Shown: positions 10,508 to 18,547 of the stretch, piece by piece
Position numbering within the stretch: the first letter of the stretch is position 1
Layout of the letters: each line of letters opens with the position of its first letter
Assembly (NCBI GenBank): GCA_012178725.1
Contig: GCA_012178725.1_3030.1
DNA from: a phage
DNA: 64,000 bases
Strand: one strand, 5' to 3'
Notes under the pieces: generated by a model
What the model was told of the DNA's origin: nothing
The model's input: the letters and a program-made list of their open reading frames with translations, nothing else
The model's database searches: none
Made by a program: the position numbers and the translations under genes

Positions 10508-10780
10508 TTATTTGTTTGTATACATTTCTAAATATCTATATACACCCTCAAAACCCTCGTTGAATTCGTCGATGAGGGTTTTCTTATCTTCTTGAGTTAA
10601 TTCAGAAACAATTTTACGGAATGAATTCTGATTTAATTTTCTACCTTCATGCGTTACTCCAATCTCATTCAGAAATGCAATAAAATTAGCACGATTCTCA
10701 ACAATATCTTCTCTGGAAAATTTAATCAAAATAGACGCAACAGTAATAATTTCACGAACTGTATCAATGTTTTTATTCAT
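10508..10780 (-). CDS. asiA: Anti-sigma70 protein AsiA
   Basis: 90-aa ORF MNKNIDTVREIITVASILIKF..., matches T4 AsiA as recalled. Confidence 0.93.
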   Translation of the reverse strand: MNKNIDTVREIITVASILIKFSREDIVENRANFIAFLNEIGVTHEGRKLNQNSFRKIVSELTQEDKKTLIDEFNEGFEGVYRYLEMYTNK

Positions 10781-10792
10781 TAACTATACCAC

Positions 10793-10945
10793 TCAATTAG
10801 TTGACTTTGTTATAATATCATCAGACGCTTGATTTGTAAACTGGTCTGTGTTATTTTCTTCAAAAATTTTTTCTGCGAATTCCTTGAACGACTCACGTTC
10901 CTGAGCTACATTGTGCTCGATTACCTTTTCAAGATTATGACTCAT
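10793..10945 (-). CDS. Small ORF (50 aa) in the asiA.1 position
   Basis: Hand-called; its ATG overlaps the arn stop (ATGA); too short for the ORF track. Confidence 0.35.
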   Translation of the reverse strand: MSHNLEKVIEHNVAQERESFKEFAEKIFEENNTDQFTNQASDDIITKSTN

Positions 10946-11220
10946 TCGAAATAATCTTCAATTTCGTAATCATGGACATAAATCATTATAGTTTTTAATA
11001 CATCATCAATACTTTTTCCTGGAGCTGGAATTACGTAAAAATATCCTGCTTTTGAGAGGTCTTTATAAGTTCCAACCAAGAAATCATTATTCTCGAGATG
11101 TAATTCTTCAACTAATTCATTAACAATTGAATGGTATAAATTTGGTAGAAACTTATATAGCTTTTCTAGAGTATCAATTTTGATTGTGTATTGAACCACG
11201 GACTGAGAATCAATAATCAT
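10942..11220 (-). CDS. arn: Arn, anti-restriction (McrBC inhibitor)
   Basis: 92-aa acidic ORF between asiA and motA; size and position as T4 Arn. Confidence 0.8.
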   Translation of the reverse strand: MIIDSQSVVQYTIKIDTLEKLYKFLPNLYHSIVNELVEELHLENNDFLVGTYKDLSKAGYFYVIPAPGKSIDDVLKTIMIYVHDYEIEDYFE

Positions 11221-11303
11221 AGACCTTCCCCTTATGTTTCTGTTTGCGATTAGATTCTTTAAACGCTTTCTTCTTATCCTTATGAACAGAAGCTTTATTA
11301 AAA

Positions 11304-11522
11304 TTATGTTTTGCGACTAAATTGTTCATAGTGCTGAATTACCTCTCTTAAGCATTTACATGTGAATGAAAACTTTTTAGCTACACCACATTCAAATATA
11401 TGTTCTCTTAAATCACGTGTATCGGTATATCCCATCTCAACAATAAAATGCCGTATTAGATTTTTATCTTTATCATTGAGAGAATTAAAATAATCAGATT
11501 TTGAATTAATTTCCCTGGCCAA
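11304..11522 (-). CDS. Hypothetical protein (72 aa), arn.x region
   Basis: ORF in operon orientation; no recognisable motif. Confidence 0.55.
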   Translation of the reverse strand: MAREINSKSDYFNSLNDKDKNLIRHFIVEMGYTDTRDLREHIFECGVAKKFSFTCKCLREVIQHYEQFSRKT

Positions 11523-11802
11523 ATTGAATCACCTTCAGTTGACGTTTTAGCTCTTTTATCATCTCTTCGTTCATCGCAATATAAAGATCGCGTAAAGCAG
11601 GTTTTAGCATTCCATTTACTGGAGAACTAAATGGGCACACATAATCTTTTCCTACAAGCTTTTTAGTTAATTCCATATCACAGAACTGAAATGCCGGTTC
11701 ATTGGCATAAATTCCCCAATTAGTTGACATCATTTTATTGGCATATTCCAACGCCTGGATTTGATTCATAATTCCATCAATTTGAAACTTTTTAATATTC
11801 AT
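11506..11802 (-). CDS. Hypothetical protein (98 aa), arn.x region
   Basis: ORF overlapping its neighbours, typical T4 packing. Confidence 0.55.
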   Translation of the reverse strand: MNIKKFQIDGIMNQIQALEYANKMMSTNWGIYANEPAFQFCDMELTKKLVGKDYVCPFSSPVNGMLKPALRDLYIAMNEEMIKELKRQLKVIQFGQGN

Positions 11803-12263
11803 TAGTAAAGGTCCTCAGAGTAAAGTTCTTTTTCACTACCACCACGTTCAATACGTACTTGTCCAGCGTAAGTTGCAATAATCATTGCTTCTTCACGTGT
11901 CCAATAATTACTATATTGGTCAATAAATCCTTGGTCATCATCGCAAACTTGCTGAGTAACTAATTGAGGTTTAACTACATCTAAAACTTCTGCCATATCT
12001 TTAGAATAATGACGAGCACCTGGAATAATAAGAGTTCGTCCATCTTTTAATTTAAAACGATTGGCTGCGCAAACAATCCGTCGTTGATACTTTTGGTTTT
12101 CATCCCAATATGCAGTCTGCCAACAGATTTCAGGAACTTCTTTCAGAATATCTTCTTCTGTGCATTTATAACCATGCGCTTTAAATTTTTCAACAAGACT
12201 TTCTGGAGTCTCACGAGATAAAGGAACATTCAGCATTTTTAAACGATTAATAAATGGGTTCAT
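11802..12263 (-). CDS. Hypothetical protein (153 aa), arn.x region
   Basis: ORF with overlapping start/stop junctions. Confidence 0.6.
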   Translation of the reverse strand: MNPFINRLKMLNVPLSRETPESLVEKFKAHGYKCTEEDILKEVPEICWQTAYWDENQKYQRRIVCAANRFKLKDGRTLIIPGARHYSKDMAEVLDVVKPQLVTQQVCDDDQGFIDQYSNYWTREEAMIIATYAGQVRIERGGSEKELYSEDLY

Positions 12264-12589
12264 TTAAACCATCCTTTAATACGCTGCCACAAAGTTTTCT
12301 GTTGAGCTTTGTTAACACCAATTGAACGAATAACTGGTTGAGATTCCTGGAATTCTTTATAATCAGCAAGGTAAATTTCGTAAGCTGCATCCGTAAATGA
12401 ACTTATCGCTGCCATAAAATTATTGCGAATACCTACTGGAGCATCTTTACTTTCACGAATAATCATGTATTTACCAGTCTTAATCTTTACGATAGTTCCA
12501 AGATAAGCTCCATGGTACCAGATGTCCCATCCCTCTTGAGTGGGTTCTGCGCAACGACGAAGTTCATTGACAATTTCTAACTTGTTCAT
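12260..12589 (-). CDS. Hypothetical protein (109 aa), arn.x region
   Basis: ATGA overlap with upstream gene. Confidence 0.6.
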   Translation of the reverse strand: MNKLEIVNELRRCAEPTQEGWDIWYHGAYLGTIVKIKTGKYMIIRESKDAPVGIRNNFMAAISSFTDAAYEIYLADYKEFQESQPVIRSIGVNKAQQKTLWQRIKGWFK

Positions 12590-12599
12590 TATTTATTCC

Positions 12600-13235
12600 T
12601 CACAGTTCAGATGCTACAGTGATTACAGCTTCAATGTTTTCTGCCGAGCGTTTAATGTCAAGATACACATTACCGTTTTTAGCGATTTTACATGACATTC
12701 CGATGTCAGTAAATTTCTGAATATGATGTTCCATCATTTTGTATCCAAAAATTCGCATATTTCCATTATTGTTAATTTCAAAATTACGAATTCCGTGAGT
12801 ACGTTTTTCTAAAATAGCGAGATAGTTACTGCGATAAGTTTCAACCTTTTTAAGAACAAATCCATTTTCATCTAAAAGTTTTAACATGAGGTCTTTATCT
12901 TCTTCCATATCAGAAGTAATTTCACGAGCTTTACGAGTTGCTCGTTTTTTCAGTAGTTCCGGAGCATTTTCCTGTGCATATAAAGTTGCTGCGTTTGAAA
13001 TAATATCCTGAGCTTCACCTGTAATGATTAATCCATCACCAGATTTCTCCACCAGGCCTTTTTTAATCAATACCCCAATATTACTATTAACTACTGCGTT
13101 ACCTAAATCTGGATGTACCTCACGAACTTCTACAGCTGTAATGAAATCTTTCTTAGCAATGGTAATTAAAATCGCAGCAGTTTTTTCATTCAGAACATCG
13201 TTAGAAGCTTTGATGATATAAGTTACTTTAGACAT
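12600..13235 (-). CDS. motA: Middle-promoter transcription activator MotA
   Basis: 211-aa ORF; length and sequence as T4 MotA. Confidence 0.93.
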   Translation of the reverse strand: MSKVTYIIKASNDVLNEKTAAILITIAKKDFITAVEVREVHPDLGNAVVNSNIGVLIKKGLVEKSGDGLIITGEAQDIISNAATLYAQENAPELLKKRATRKAREITSDMEEDKDLMLKLLDENGFVLKKVETYRSNYLAILEKRTHGIRNFEINNNGNMRIFGYKMMEHHIQKFTDIGMSCKIAKNGNVYLDIKRSAENIEAVITVASEL

Positions 13236-13276
13236 TTTCTAATCTCCGTAATTCTGTATCAGTAGTTGATAGTTGT

Positions 13277-13306
13277 ATAGTACCACAGTATGCTTTGGTT
13301 GTAAAC
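13277..13306 (-). promoter_or_regulatory. Early promoter (GTTTAC-N18-TACTAT) upstream of motA
   Basis: Reverse strand reads GTTTACaaccaaagcatactgtggTACTAT with an A/T-rich upstream tract. Confidence 0.6.
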
Positions 13307-13321
13307 CGTTTTGTGAAAAAA

Positions 13322-13357
13322 TTTTTAAAATAAAAAAGGGAGAGCCTCGGCTCTCCC
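13322..13357 (-). terminator. Intrinsic terminator after gene 52/motA.1
   Basis: gggagagc/gctctccc stem, then TTTTTTATTTT on the - strand. Confidence 0.65.
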
Positions 13358-13362
13358 TAAAA

Positions 13363-13512
13363 TTACTGCATGACTGTGATAACTGTCATGATAACACGTT
13401 GAATTCCGAACGCAAGAAGACCTCCTGCTATGGCTGGAACAACGCCTAAACCCGCCAGTAAAATGCTACCAGATACTAATGCAGCGCTTGTAATACCAAT
13501 GAATGGACTCAT
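13363..13512 (-). CDS. Small hydrophobic ORF (49 aa) in the motA.1 position
   Basis: Hand-called MSPFIGITSAALVSGSILLAGLGVVPAIAGG...; ATGA overlap with the gene 52 stop. Confidence 0.4.
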   Translation of the reverse strand: MSPFIGITSAALVSGSILLAGLGVVPAIAGGLLAFGIQRVIMTVITVMQ

Positions 13513-14837
13513 TTGATTTCCTCTAAATCTTTGGTGTATTCGGTAACTACATCAGTAGTTTTCCAATATTCGTTTTCTTCTTTTTTAGCTTTAGCTTCTT
13601 CAGCAAGTTTCTTTGCTTCATCGGAAGTCATATGAAAAATATTCATTCCAACTAGTTTATCAACATAAGAAGAATACATATCGATTTTCGAAAGTTCTTC
13701 GGTCAGTTCTTTACGAGTTTTACCCTGTACAACAATTTCACCTGAAATTACTTTCTTAATGAAATGTGCCTTGGCAAAGGCTAAACGAAAAGCTGACTCA
13801 GTTTCTTTGATTTTGTTATCAATTCGTTTTTGGACATAAGTTTTACGAACTTCAACAAAGTCTTTAATTAAATCAACTACGTTATCGTAAACTTGTAGTT
13901 TTCCTTTCTCATTAATAACCGTAATATTCTGAGAACGACGCTCAATCAACCCGAAGTCTTTCATAATTTTTGCGTGGCGTTCTTCTTCATTATCGCTCAA
14001 AGAATATTCTTTACGGAATTTAACTTTGAATCCAAAACCGTGCTCACCGCAAGCATCATCCCATGTAATGAAGCCTTTATCTTCAAGTGGGTCTAAAATT
14101 TTACTCACATAAGTTTCACGATCATACTTATACGGAATCTCAGTGATATGCATTTGAGTTCGTGAAGTAAACTTATATGTTCCACGAATTTCATATTGCC
14201 CATCAATTTCAACGACTTCACCACGAAATTCTGGGAATTCTACCTTCGGTTTAGTTACTTTCTTTCCTTGAAGAGCTTGCAGTACAGCTTTCTTAACAGA
14301 AGAAACACTATGAGGAAGAATGTAAGTTGCATAACCAGTTGCAATACCGGAAACACCATTAAGAAGAACAGTAGGAATAATAGGCAAATAGAAAGCAGGC
14401 GGAATGTGTTCTTTATCTTGATGTACCGGAGCATATTCAGTATCTTTATATACGTTATAGAAATTTTTACTTACACGAGCAAAAATATAACGACTTGCTG
14501 CTGCTTTTTGGACGGTACGAGAACCAAAGTTTCCTTGACCATCTAACAGAGGAAAGTTATTATTCCAAGTGTTAGCCATCAAAGCACCTGCGTCTTGCGC
14601 AGAGTTTTCACCATGATGATATCCAAGGTCCGCTACACCGCCTGCGATAGAAGCGAGTTTGTGAAACTTATCTTTATTTCCTCGTGCCAAATCAAGAGCT
14701 CGAGCAATAACAAATCGTTGAACTGGCTTAAATCCATCAATCATATTTGGAATGGCACGATTTTCAACCGTGTACATAGCATAAGCCAATGCTTCATTAT
14801 CAATGATACTTTTTAAATCGCGATTATTCAGTTGCAT
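13509..14837 (-). CDS. 52: DNA topoisomerase II medium subunit gp52
   Basis: 442-aa ORF matching T4 gp52 (GyrA-like) in length and sequence as recalled. Confidence 0.95.
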   Translation of the reverse strand: MQLNNRDLKSIIDNEALAYAMYTVENRAIPNMIDGFKPVQRFVIARALDLARGNKDKFHKLASIAGGVADLGYHHGENSAQDAGALMANTWNNNFPLLDGQGNFGSRTVQKAAASRYIFARVSKNFYNVYKDTEYAPVHQDKEHIPPAFYLPIIPTVLLNGVSGIATGYATYILPHSVSSVKKAVLQALQGKKVTKPKVEFPEFRGEVVEIDGQYEIRGTYKFTSRTQMHITEIPYKYDRETYVSKILDPLEDKGFITWDDACGEHGFGFKVKFRKEYSLSDNEEERHAKIMKDFGLIERRSQNITVINEKGKLQVYDNVVDLIKDFVEVRKTYVQKRIDNKIKETESAFRLAFAKAHFIKKVISGEIVVQGKTRKELTEELSKIDMYSSYVDKLVGMNIFHMTSDEAKKLAEEAKAKKEENEYWKTTDVVTEYTKDLEEIK

Positions 14838-14841
14838 AAAT

Positions 14842-14982
14842 TTACCATACTAGTGAATGTAGTGCCATAATAACATCAGAAATGAAAAGCACGACTTGAA
14901 TTAATCCGAACATTACTCCATAATATAGTGCTACTAATAAAGTAGCAAGGGCTAATGAATAGCCCAAGATTTTCTTAATCAT
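14842..14982 (-). CDS. Small membrane ORF (46 aa) in the 52.1 position
   Basis: Hand-called MIKKILGYSLALATLLVALYYGVMFGLIQ...; start overlaps the ac stop. Confidence 0.4.
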   Translation of the reverse strand: MIKKILGYSLALATLLVALYYGVMFGLIQVVLFISDVIMALHSLVW

Positions 14983-15133
14983 TAGTAGATAACAACACAA
15001 ATGTTAAATATGCACACATACCCTGGGCTAAAGCTTGCGAAAACACGCTGCTGGCATCAATACAGATAGTTAAAACACATGCTACTATCCAACAAATAAA
15101 TGAAATAACTCCTAATAATTTTGCAATATTCAT
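14975..15133 (-). CDS. ac: Small membrane protein in the ac position (52 aa)
   Basis: Hand-called MNIAKLLGVISFICWIVACVLTIC...; GAGGAAA ribosome-binding site; size and position as T4 ac. Confidence 0.5.
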   Translation of the reverse strand: MNIAKLLGVISFICWIVACVLTICIDASSVFSQALAQGMCAYLTFVLLSTND

Positions 15134-15140
15134 ATTTTCC

Positions 15141-15221
15141 TCACTGGCGTCCGAAGACGCCTTTAGTTTTAAGATTATTACGATAGAACTGCATCACATG
15201 TTCGTTATGGAAATTACTCAT
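15141..15221 (-). CDS. stp: Stp-position 26-aa peptide
   Basis: Hand-called [26 protein letters not shown]; ATG overlaps the ndd stop (TAATG); T4 Stp is 26 aa in this position. Confidence 0.6.
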
Positions 15222-15679
15222 TAATATGCCTGCAAAACAAATTTAAAGTTATCAGCCAACATACGGTTCATTTCTTCAAGTGTTTGATACTCAGAATGAT
15301 GATTACGAGTAAACGCCAAAGCTAACTGACCTTTACCAAATCCTGTCGTCAGAGGTTTCATCTTAGAAGCAGGCAGATAAAATACTGTGTATGGAACATT
15401 GTTATTTGCAATAGTACGTGCAAGCTGAGACCGACGTTGACGAATATGACTTAGAACTGCACTGAATCCTTGCTTAGAACGCTGATTACCTACATAAAAT
15501 CGTGCAGACACACATGGATTACTAAATGGACGACCATCTAATTTACTTACTAAAAAGTAAAATCCAGGTTTAGATAAAATGTCTTTATGCGGAGTTCCCA
15601 AAAACCATTCACCGCCCTTGATTGTGCCAATAACAGTTGCGCCTGCATTATTCAGATCAGTAACAGTCATGTATTTCAT
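15221..15679 (-). CDS. ndd: Nucleoid disruption protein Ndd
   Basis: ORF-track frame trimmed to the [13 protein letters not shown] start (152 aa, GAGGAAA ribosome-binding site); matches T4 Ndd. Confidence 0.9.
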
Positions 15680-15739
15680 ATTAATTTCCTCTAAATTATT
15701 TTCTACTCCAAGGCCGCATGAATACACGCGGCCATTAAA

Positions 15740-15955
15740 TTAATCGTCGCAGTCGACGCTCAATTCCCAAAACTCTTCTACGGTATAAGTTTCAATATCA
15801 TTTTCAATACAGAAACGTTCATTACTATTGTTTGCTAAAGTAGCGTTAACTGTCATTTTCTCGCTGGTACTCTTAAGAGGTGAAATACGAATTAACTGAT
15901 CACCGTTATCTAAACAAAAAATTTCACCAACTTTTACATCTTTAAAACTTTTCAT
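15740..15955 (-). CDS. Hypothetical protein (71 aa), ndd.x region
   Basis: ORF in operon orientation. Confidence 0.55.
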   Translation of the reverse strand: MKSFKDVKVGEIFCLDNGDQLIRISPLKSTSEKMTVNATLANNSNERFCIENDIETYTVEEFWELSVDCDD

Positions 15956-15963
15956 AATTCACC

Positions 15964-16074
15964 TCAAGGAGTATAAAATCCGAATGCAGTTGTTGACCAT
16001 CCCATCCAGTATGGGAAATTTGCACCAATGTAAAACATAAGAATATAAAACCAACCGCTCAGCAAATTCATCAT
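15964..16074 (-). CDS. Hydrophobic micropeptide (36 aa)
   Basis: Hand-called MMNLLSGWFYILMFYIGANFPYWMGW...; ATGA overlap with upstream stop. Confidence 0.35.
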   Translation of the reverse strand: MMNLLSGWFYILMFYIGANFPYWMGWSTTAFGFYTP

Positions 16075-16268
16075 TTTACACCGTTCCAAATTGTTTCAAC
16101 CACGGATTTTAAGCCATTTTGATGAATGTCCATTCCAACTACCGCCATCAAATAGATTCCAACTACAACTGAACCTAAGGCAAAAATCAGCATGAAAATG
16201 AATAAAGCCGGAAAAATATTATCGAAAAACCATTCAATAAATGTAAAAGCACTGCGTTTACGCTTCAT
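16071..16268 (-). CDS. Small membrane protein (65 aa)
   Basis: ORF-track frame trimmed to MKRKRSAFTF start, which has a GAGGA ribosome-binding site; one predicted membrane helix. Confidence 0.5.
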   Translation of the reverse strand: MKRKRSAFTFIEWFFDNIFPALFIFMLIFALGSVVVGIYLMAVVGMDIHQNGLKSVVETIWNGVK

Positions 16269-16275
16269 ATTTTCC

Positions 16276-16389
16276 TCACATAAATCCAAAGTAAACGTTT
16301 AATACATCAATCATTAAAACGATTGGGAATATACTCAAAACAACTAAAATTATAATTATATTCCATATAGCTTTAATAATCTTTTTCAT
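16276..16389 (-). CDS. Hydrophobic micropeptide (37 aa)
   Basis: MKKIIKAIWNIIIILVVLSIFPIV...; GGAGGA 7 nt upstream; the track's 82-aa version begins at a TTG inside the promoter. Confidence 0.45.
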   Translation of the reverse strand: MKKIIKAIWNIIIILVVLSIFPIVLMIDVLNVYFGFM

Positions 16390-16417
16390 TTTGTGTTCCT
16401 CCGTGGTTGATAGGGTA

Positions 16418-16447
16418 ATAATACCACAGAGGAACAGTCTTGTAAAC
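16418..16447 (-). promoter_or_regulatory. Early promoter (GTTTAC-N18-TATTAT)
   Basis: Canonical T4 early promoter architecture directly upstream of the 37-aa ORF. Confidence 0.6.
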
Positions 16448-16696
16448 AACTTTTTTAAAAATATTCGTAATAAATGTGAATACCAATCACTACTGCCGAA
16501 ACTTGCGCAACCCACCACGCACAAGCAATAAGTACAGAATTAAAAATTTTCATAATAACCTCATCACAAAAGTAAATGTTAAACAAATTACTGGAATACT
16601 AATTAACCAAACAAAACACCACCACAATGAACTCATAGTTCAATCTCAGCGATTTTCATTTTATTCTCCAAATCTGTATCAGTATTTGATAGTTGT

Positions 16697-16726
16697 ATAG
16701 TACCACGGTCCTTGTGGTATGTAAAC
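16697..16726 (-). promoter_or_regulatory. Early promoter (GTTTAC-N18-TACTAT) downstream of denB
   Basis: Same architecture and conserved leader CAACTATCAAATACTGATACAGA. Confidence 0.6.
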
Positions 16727-16741
16727 CATTTTGTGAAATTT

Positions 16742-17299
16742 TTAAATGGAAAGATACCATCCATTGTAGTTGCTTTTTCTTACAACCTTACGAAGGTCTT
16801 CTCTATCACCGATGAACTTCGGAGTGTACTGGATGACACCTGGATGAATTTCTTTAGTGTTGAATATAATTATACAGTCCGCGACCTGGTGATTTAGAAT
16901 GGGCCCTAGATTTATTCCAGAACCATATGGATACTCTCCGCTGCATCCTGTTGTTACAGAAATCCAACGTGAGTCAGTTTGATGTGTCTTAACTTCTACA
17001 CGGAGCCCGCAATATTTTGGATGTGCTAAAACATCCCATGCATATGTGTACGGATCATTGACATCTTCTTGGCCTTTATTGACATATCCGCTTAGCCAAT
17101 CTGCTACAAAAAACTCTGCGTACACAGCGATACGGCATCTTTCGATAACTTCTGTCTTATCCTGATTTGGGTTTTGTTTTAAAGAGTATCTTGCAGTATC
17201 AGCAATTTTGACCTTCATTTCACCAGTCAAGTCACTGTTCGATAGGGTAAATGTCGGAATCTGAAATAGTCTCTGTAGCCCCGGATTCGTTTTCTGCAT
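16742..17299 (-). CDS. denB: Endonuclease IV DenB
   Basis: 185-aa ORF in the denB position next to rIIB; size as T4 DenB. Confidence 0.85.
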   Translation of the reverse strand: MQKTNPGLQRLFQIPTFTLSNSDLTGEMKVKIADTARYSLKQNPNQDKTEVIERCRIAVYAEFFVADWLSGYVNKGQEDVNDPYTYAWDVLAHPKYCGLRVEVKTHQTDSRWISVTTGCSGEYPYGSGINLGPILNHQVADCIIIFNTKEIHPGVIQYTPKFIGDREDLRKVVRKSNYNGWYLSI

Positions 17300-17344
17300 T
17301 TAAACTTTCCTTTATGTCGGAATCACTGATATTCATATAATAAA

Positions 17345-17369
17345 TCATAAAACAAAAGGGCCGAAGCCC
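17345..17369 (-). terminator. Intrinsic terminator (GGGCUUCGGCCC plus U-run)
   Basis: On the - strand gggcttcggccc followed by TTTTGTTTTAT, between denB.1 and denB. Confidence 0.65.
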
Positions 17370-17374
17370 TTATT

Positions 17375-17569
17375 TTATTTGAATTGTGCAATTCTTTTCT
17401 CTAGACATTCAGCATAAGATTTCATTGAGATGAACTGTGAAAGCAGCAGTTCTTGCTCAACTGCACTAACCGTTAGAAACTTTGTGCTTTCTAAAAATTT
17501 GCTCAGTGCATTAATTTTGAGCATTAATTGATCGTATTCTTCTTTTACTCGTGCTTGATAACCTAACAT
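17375..17569 (-). CDS. Hypothetical protein (64 aa), denB.1 position
   Basis: ORF with AAGGAAA ribosome-binding site. Confidence 0.55.
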   Translation of the reverse strand: MLGYQARVKEEYDQLMLKINALSKFLESTKFLTVSAVEQELLLSQFISMKSYAECLEKRIAQFK

Positions 17570-17585
17570 AATTTTCCTTAGTTAA

Positions 17586-17597
17586 GGGCCGAAGCCC
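17586..17597 (-). promoter_or_regulatory. Intercistronic CUUCGG hairpin at the rIIB 3' end
   Basis: gggccgaagccc overlapping the rIIB stop; no U-run on the transcribed strand. Confidence 0.4.
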
Positions 17598-18536
17598 TTA
17601 TTTAAATTGTTCAGTAACGTCTTCAACTACTTCATATTGGCAGGTACGCATTTTAGCATCATTGTAATCAATCGGAATTGATACTACATCACGTGGATGT
17701 ACTTTAACTTTTACAACTCGGCTGGTTGAACTGCCAAAGTGACGAATATAAGATTTAGAACACACATGCAGACCACGAGAACAAGTTTGTGTATCATCGT
17801 CATTCACACGAGTACGCGGCATTTTAACTACTTTACCAGGACTGTTATCAAAGGTATTTGAGTGACAGTCAAAGTAATTGCTGCGAACTACTTTCCAAGC
17901 ATAGAAGTAACCATCTTCTGTAATTTCAATATCGTTTGCTACCAAGAAATCAAAAAGTCGAGATACCGCTTTCTGGCTTGGGTTTTCCAGCAGATTTTCC
18001 AAGAACGGAAAATAAAATTCAAAGTTTTCGCCTTTTTCCATCGAATCAAGAATACGATCAACCAAACCAGACCGCAATTCAATATTTTGATAGAATAAGC
18101 TTCCACCTTCAATTCGAACATCACCGGAAATATATTTTTCAACAGCGCGACGAACATTAATTTTTTGTGCCGCTTCTTCCAACTTATCCGCTACAAGCAG
18201 ATTAAGAATTTCCTGGAAGTTTGAATGAGTATTAGGAGTTGCGTTATAAGTTACACCGTCAACAGTAATTGAAATGAATTTTTTAGATGCATTCCAAATA
18301 ATGTCAGATTTAGCAACTGGAGCAATAACTGCATCGCTATTAACTTTAACTGTAATATCACCACTAATAGTAACTTTAGGGCGTTTAGCTTCTTCAGCAT
18401 TTTTCAAAACACGACGGATTGTGTCAACCGATACACCTTGCCAATCAGCCAATTCCTGTTGAGTGTAATTACCACTTGAATACAGTTTAACAATTTCAGC
18501 TTGTTCGTTTTTGGTCAGGCATTTAATATTGTACAT
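17598..18536 (-). CDS. rIIB: rIIB protein
   Basis: 312-aa ORF, length and synteny as T4 rIIB. Confidence 0.95.
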   Translation of the reverse strand: MYNIKCLTKNEQAEIVKLYSSGNYTQQELADWQGVSVDTIRRVLKNAEEAKRPKVTISGDITVKVNSDAVIAPVAKSDIIWNASKKFISITVDGVTYNATPNTHSNFQEILNLLVADKLEEAAQKINVRRAVEKYISGDVRIEGGSLFYQNIELRSGLVDRILDSMEKGENFEFYFPFLENLLENPSQKAVSRLFDFLVANDIEITEDGYFYAWKVVRSNYFDCHSNTFDNSPGKVVKMPRTRVNDDDTQTCSRGLHVCSKSYIRHFGSSTSRVVKVKVHPRDVVSIPIDYNDAKMRTCQYEVVEDVTEQFK

Positions 18537-18547
18537 AATTTTCCTTA

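Noticed and set aside
11210-11329. 39-aa basic ORF (MNNLVAKHNFNKASVHKDKKK...) between arn and the 72-aa gene
   Set aside because: Ribosome-binding site is weak and distant and it overlaps both neighbours in other frames; kept out of the feature list
15680-15727. N-terminal extensions of ndd (168 aa), gene 56 (203 aa), gene 62, gene 44, gene 55 and gene 39 in the ORF track
   Set aside because: The internal ATGs have proper ribosome-binding sites and give the T4 protein lengths; the extensions overlap upstream genes or promoters
16390-16524. 82-aa version of the ORF at 16276-16524
   Set aside because: It starts at a TTG inside the promoter; the ATG-initiated 37-aa peptide with a GGAGGA site is the plausible gene
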